Assembly (NCBI GenBank): GCA_963716395.1
Contig: OY970309.1
Span: 3,552,001-3,616,000, forward strand
Direction: 5' to 3'
Source: an uncultured Fibrobacteria bacterium
Lineage (GTDB): Bacteria; Fibrobacterota; Fibrobacteria; UBA11236
DNA length: 64,000 nucleotides
A program made the position numbers and the translations under genes. The number at the start of each line of letters is the position of its first letter. Position 1 is the stretch's first letter. The notes beneath the pieces are model-generated. The model had not been told where the DNA came from. It ran no database searches and was given only the letters and a program-made list of their open reading frames with translations. Positions 63,282-64,000 of the stretch are shown here, piece after piece.

Positions 63282-63645
63282 TGGAGGCGGCGGGAATCGA
63301 ACCCGCGTCCGAAATCAACTCACTGATCACTCCTACATGCTTTTTTCCTGATTTGAATCTCGCCTCGGTGGTCGCCCAAGGAACCGGCTACCGCTTCGGC
63401 CAGTCCGGTGATCTCAATCCCACCCTCCGGACGCGAGCGGGATCCAGCCTCAGAGGTATGCCAATCCCCCCGGCGCTGAGACACCGGCCGGGGAGACTGT
63501 GGCGCCTAATTTTAGTTAGGCAGCCATTGCGAAAGAATTGACTTCTTCTGCAGTTCTGTTTTCCTGGATAGATTTACGAGGCCAACCAGGATCCTCGGCA
63601 TGCGACTTTCAGCTCATCCGATCCCGTCGAGACCTTTACGCCCCC
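63282..63645 (-). ncRNA. ssrA: tmRNA; tag peptide (A)AEEVNSFAMAA at 63551-63516
   Basis: 5' GGGGGCGTAAAGGTCTCGAC; 3' GACGCGGGTTCGATTCCCGCCGCCTCCA T-arm and acceptor; resume GCA..GCT GCC TAA; CCA not encoded. Confidence 0.96.
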
Positions 63646-63666
63646 TCGAAACCTTGAACTGATGGG

Positions 63667-63696
63667 AATATACCCCCTCGACCCGGCTTGGGGCAA
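63667..63696 (-). promoter_or_regulatory. Putative ssrA promoter
   Basis: TTGCCC - N18 - TATATT, ending 21 nt upstream of the mature 5' end. Confidence 0.6.
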
Positions 63697-63700
63697 GCCC

Positions 63701-64000
63701 TTAACCGCCCAGAAGCGCCAGTAATTGCGCGCCCGAAAGATCGCGGCTTTTCGCACCCTCCGCAACCCCTGGCGCCATGGCGCCGCGCAGCTTATCAGTC
63801 AGGGCCTGGGCATAATCCAAGGTGAGAATCGAAGCCAAGGCCGGCATGTGCGTGGCCGGATTCGGTTCTTGGGCCACGGAATTCGCCTGTAAGGCACATT
63901 CCAATGCTTCCAAAGCCCGGAATACCGGGTCGGAGGTGGAAATTCCTGCATACTCTTCCGGTATGAACAGGGCTGAATTGAAACCGGGAGTCAGGGTGAC
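63701..64000 (-). CDS. Hypothetical protein, C-terminal part (starts beyond the window)
   Basis: Frame open from 64000 to TAA at 63701. Confidence 0.5.
   Translation of the reverse strand, partial: VTLTPGFNSALFIPEEYAGISTSDPVFRALEALECALQANSVAQEPNPATHMPALASILTLDYAQALTDKLRGAMAPGVAEGAKSRDLSGAQLLALLGG

Noticed and set aside
63282-63310. tRNA-like T-arm and acceptor sequence
   Set aside because: It is the tmRNA 3' end (tag ORF and matching 5' end 364 nt away), not a tRNA

Overview
GC-rich bacterial chromosome segment. Gene content and exported-protein style tentatively suggest Fibrobacterota or another FCB lineage (inference). Positions 1-44750 are mostly core genome: HU-smpB-amidase, pcm, a glycosyltransferase/MMPL/HAD cluster, a type IV minor-pilin operon, asnS, nifU-sufBCDSU, a stand-alone tubulin/FtsZ-family gene, acyl-CoA dehydrogenase, mnmG/EVE, alr, an aminotransferase, mtgA, hisA, a rhomboid, a TPR protein and a GH39. 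Positions ~45000/46500-63281 form a lower-GC defence island next to the 3' end of the tmRNA gene (63282-63645, minus, tag AEEVNSFAMAA). The island carries a truncated tyrosine integrase and two damaged type I R-M loci. The first has an HsdS with a C-terminal antitoxin-like domain, an embedded AbiE-like pair and an apparent internal inversion. The second contains an inserted promoter-small RNA-Abi_2(HEPN) cassette. The most notable observations are the HsdS fusion with AbiE, the abiF-type RNA cassette, the orphan tubulin-like gene, and strong D-S/T enrichment in exported proteins, which suggests general O-glycosylation. Several frameshifts may be sequencing or consensus errors. All product calls come from motif recognition by eye, not from database searches.
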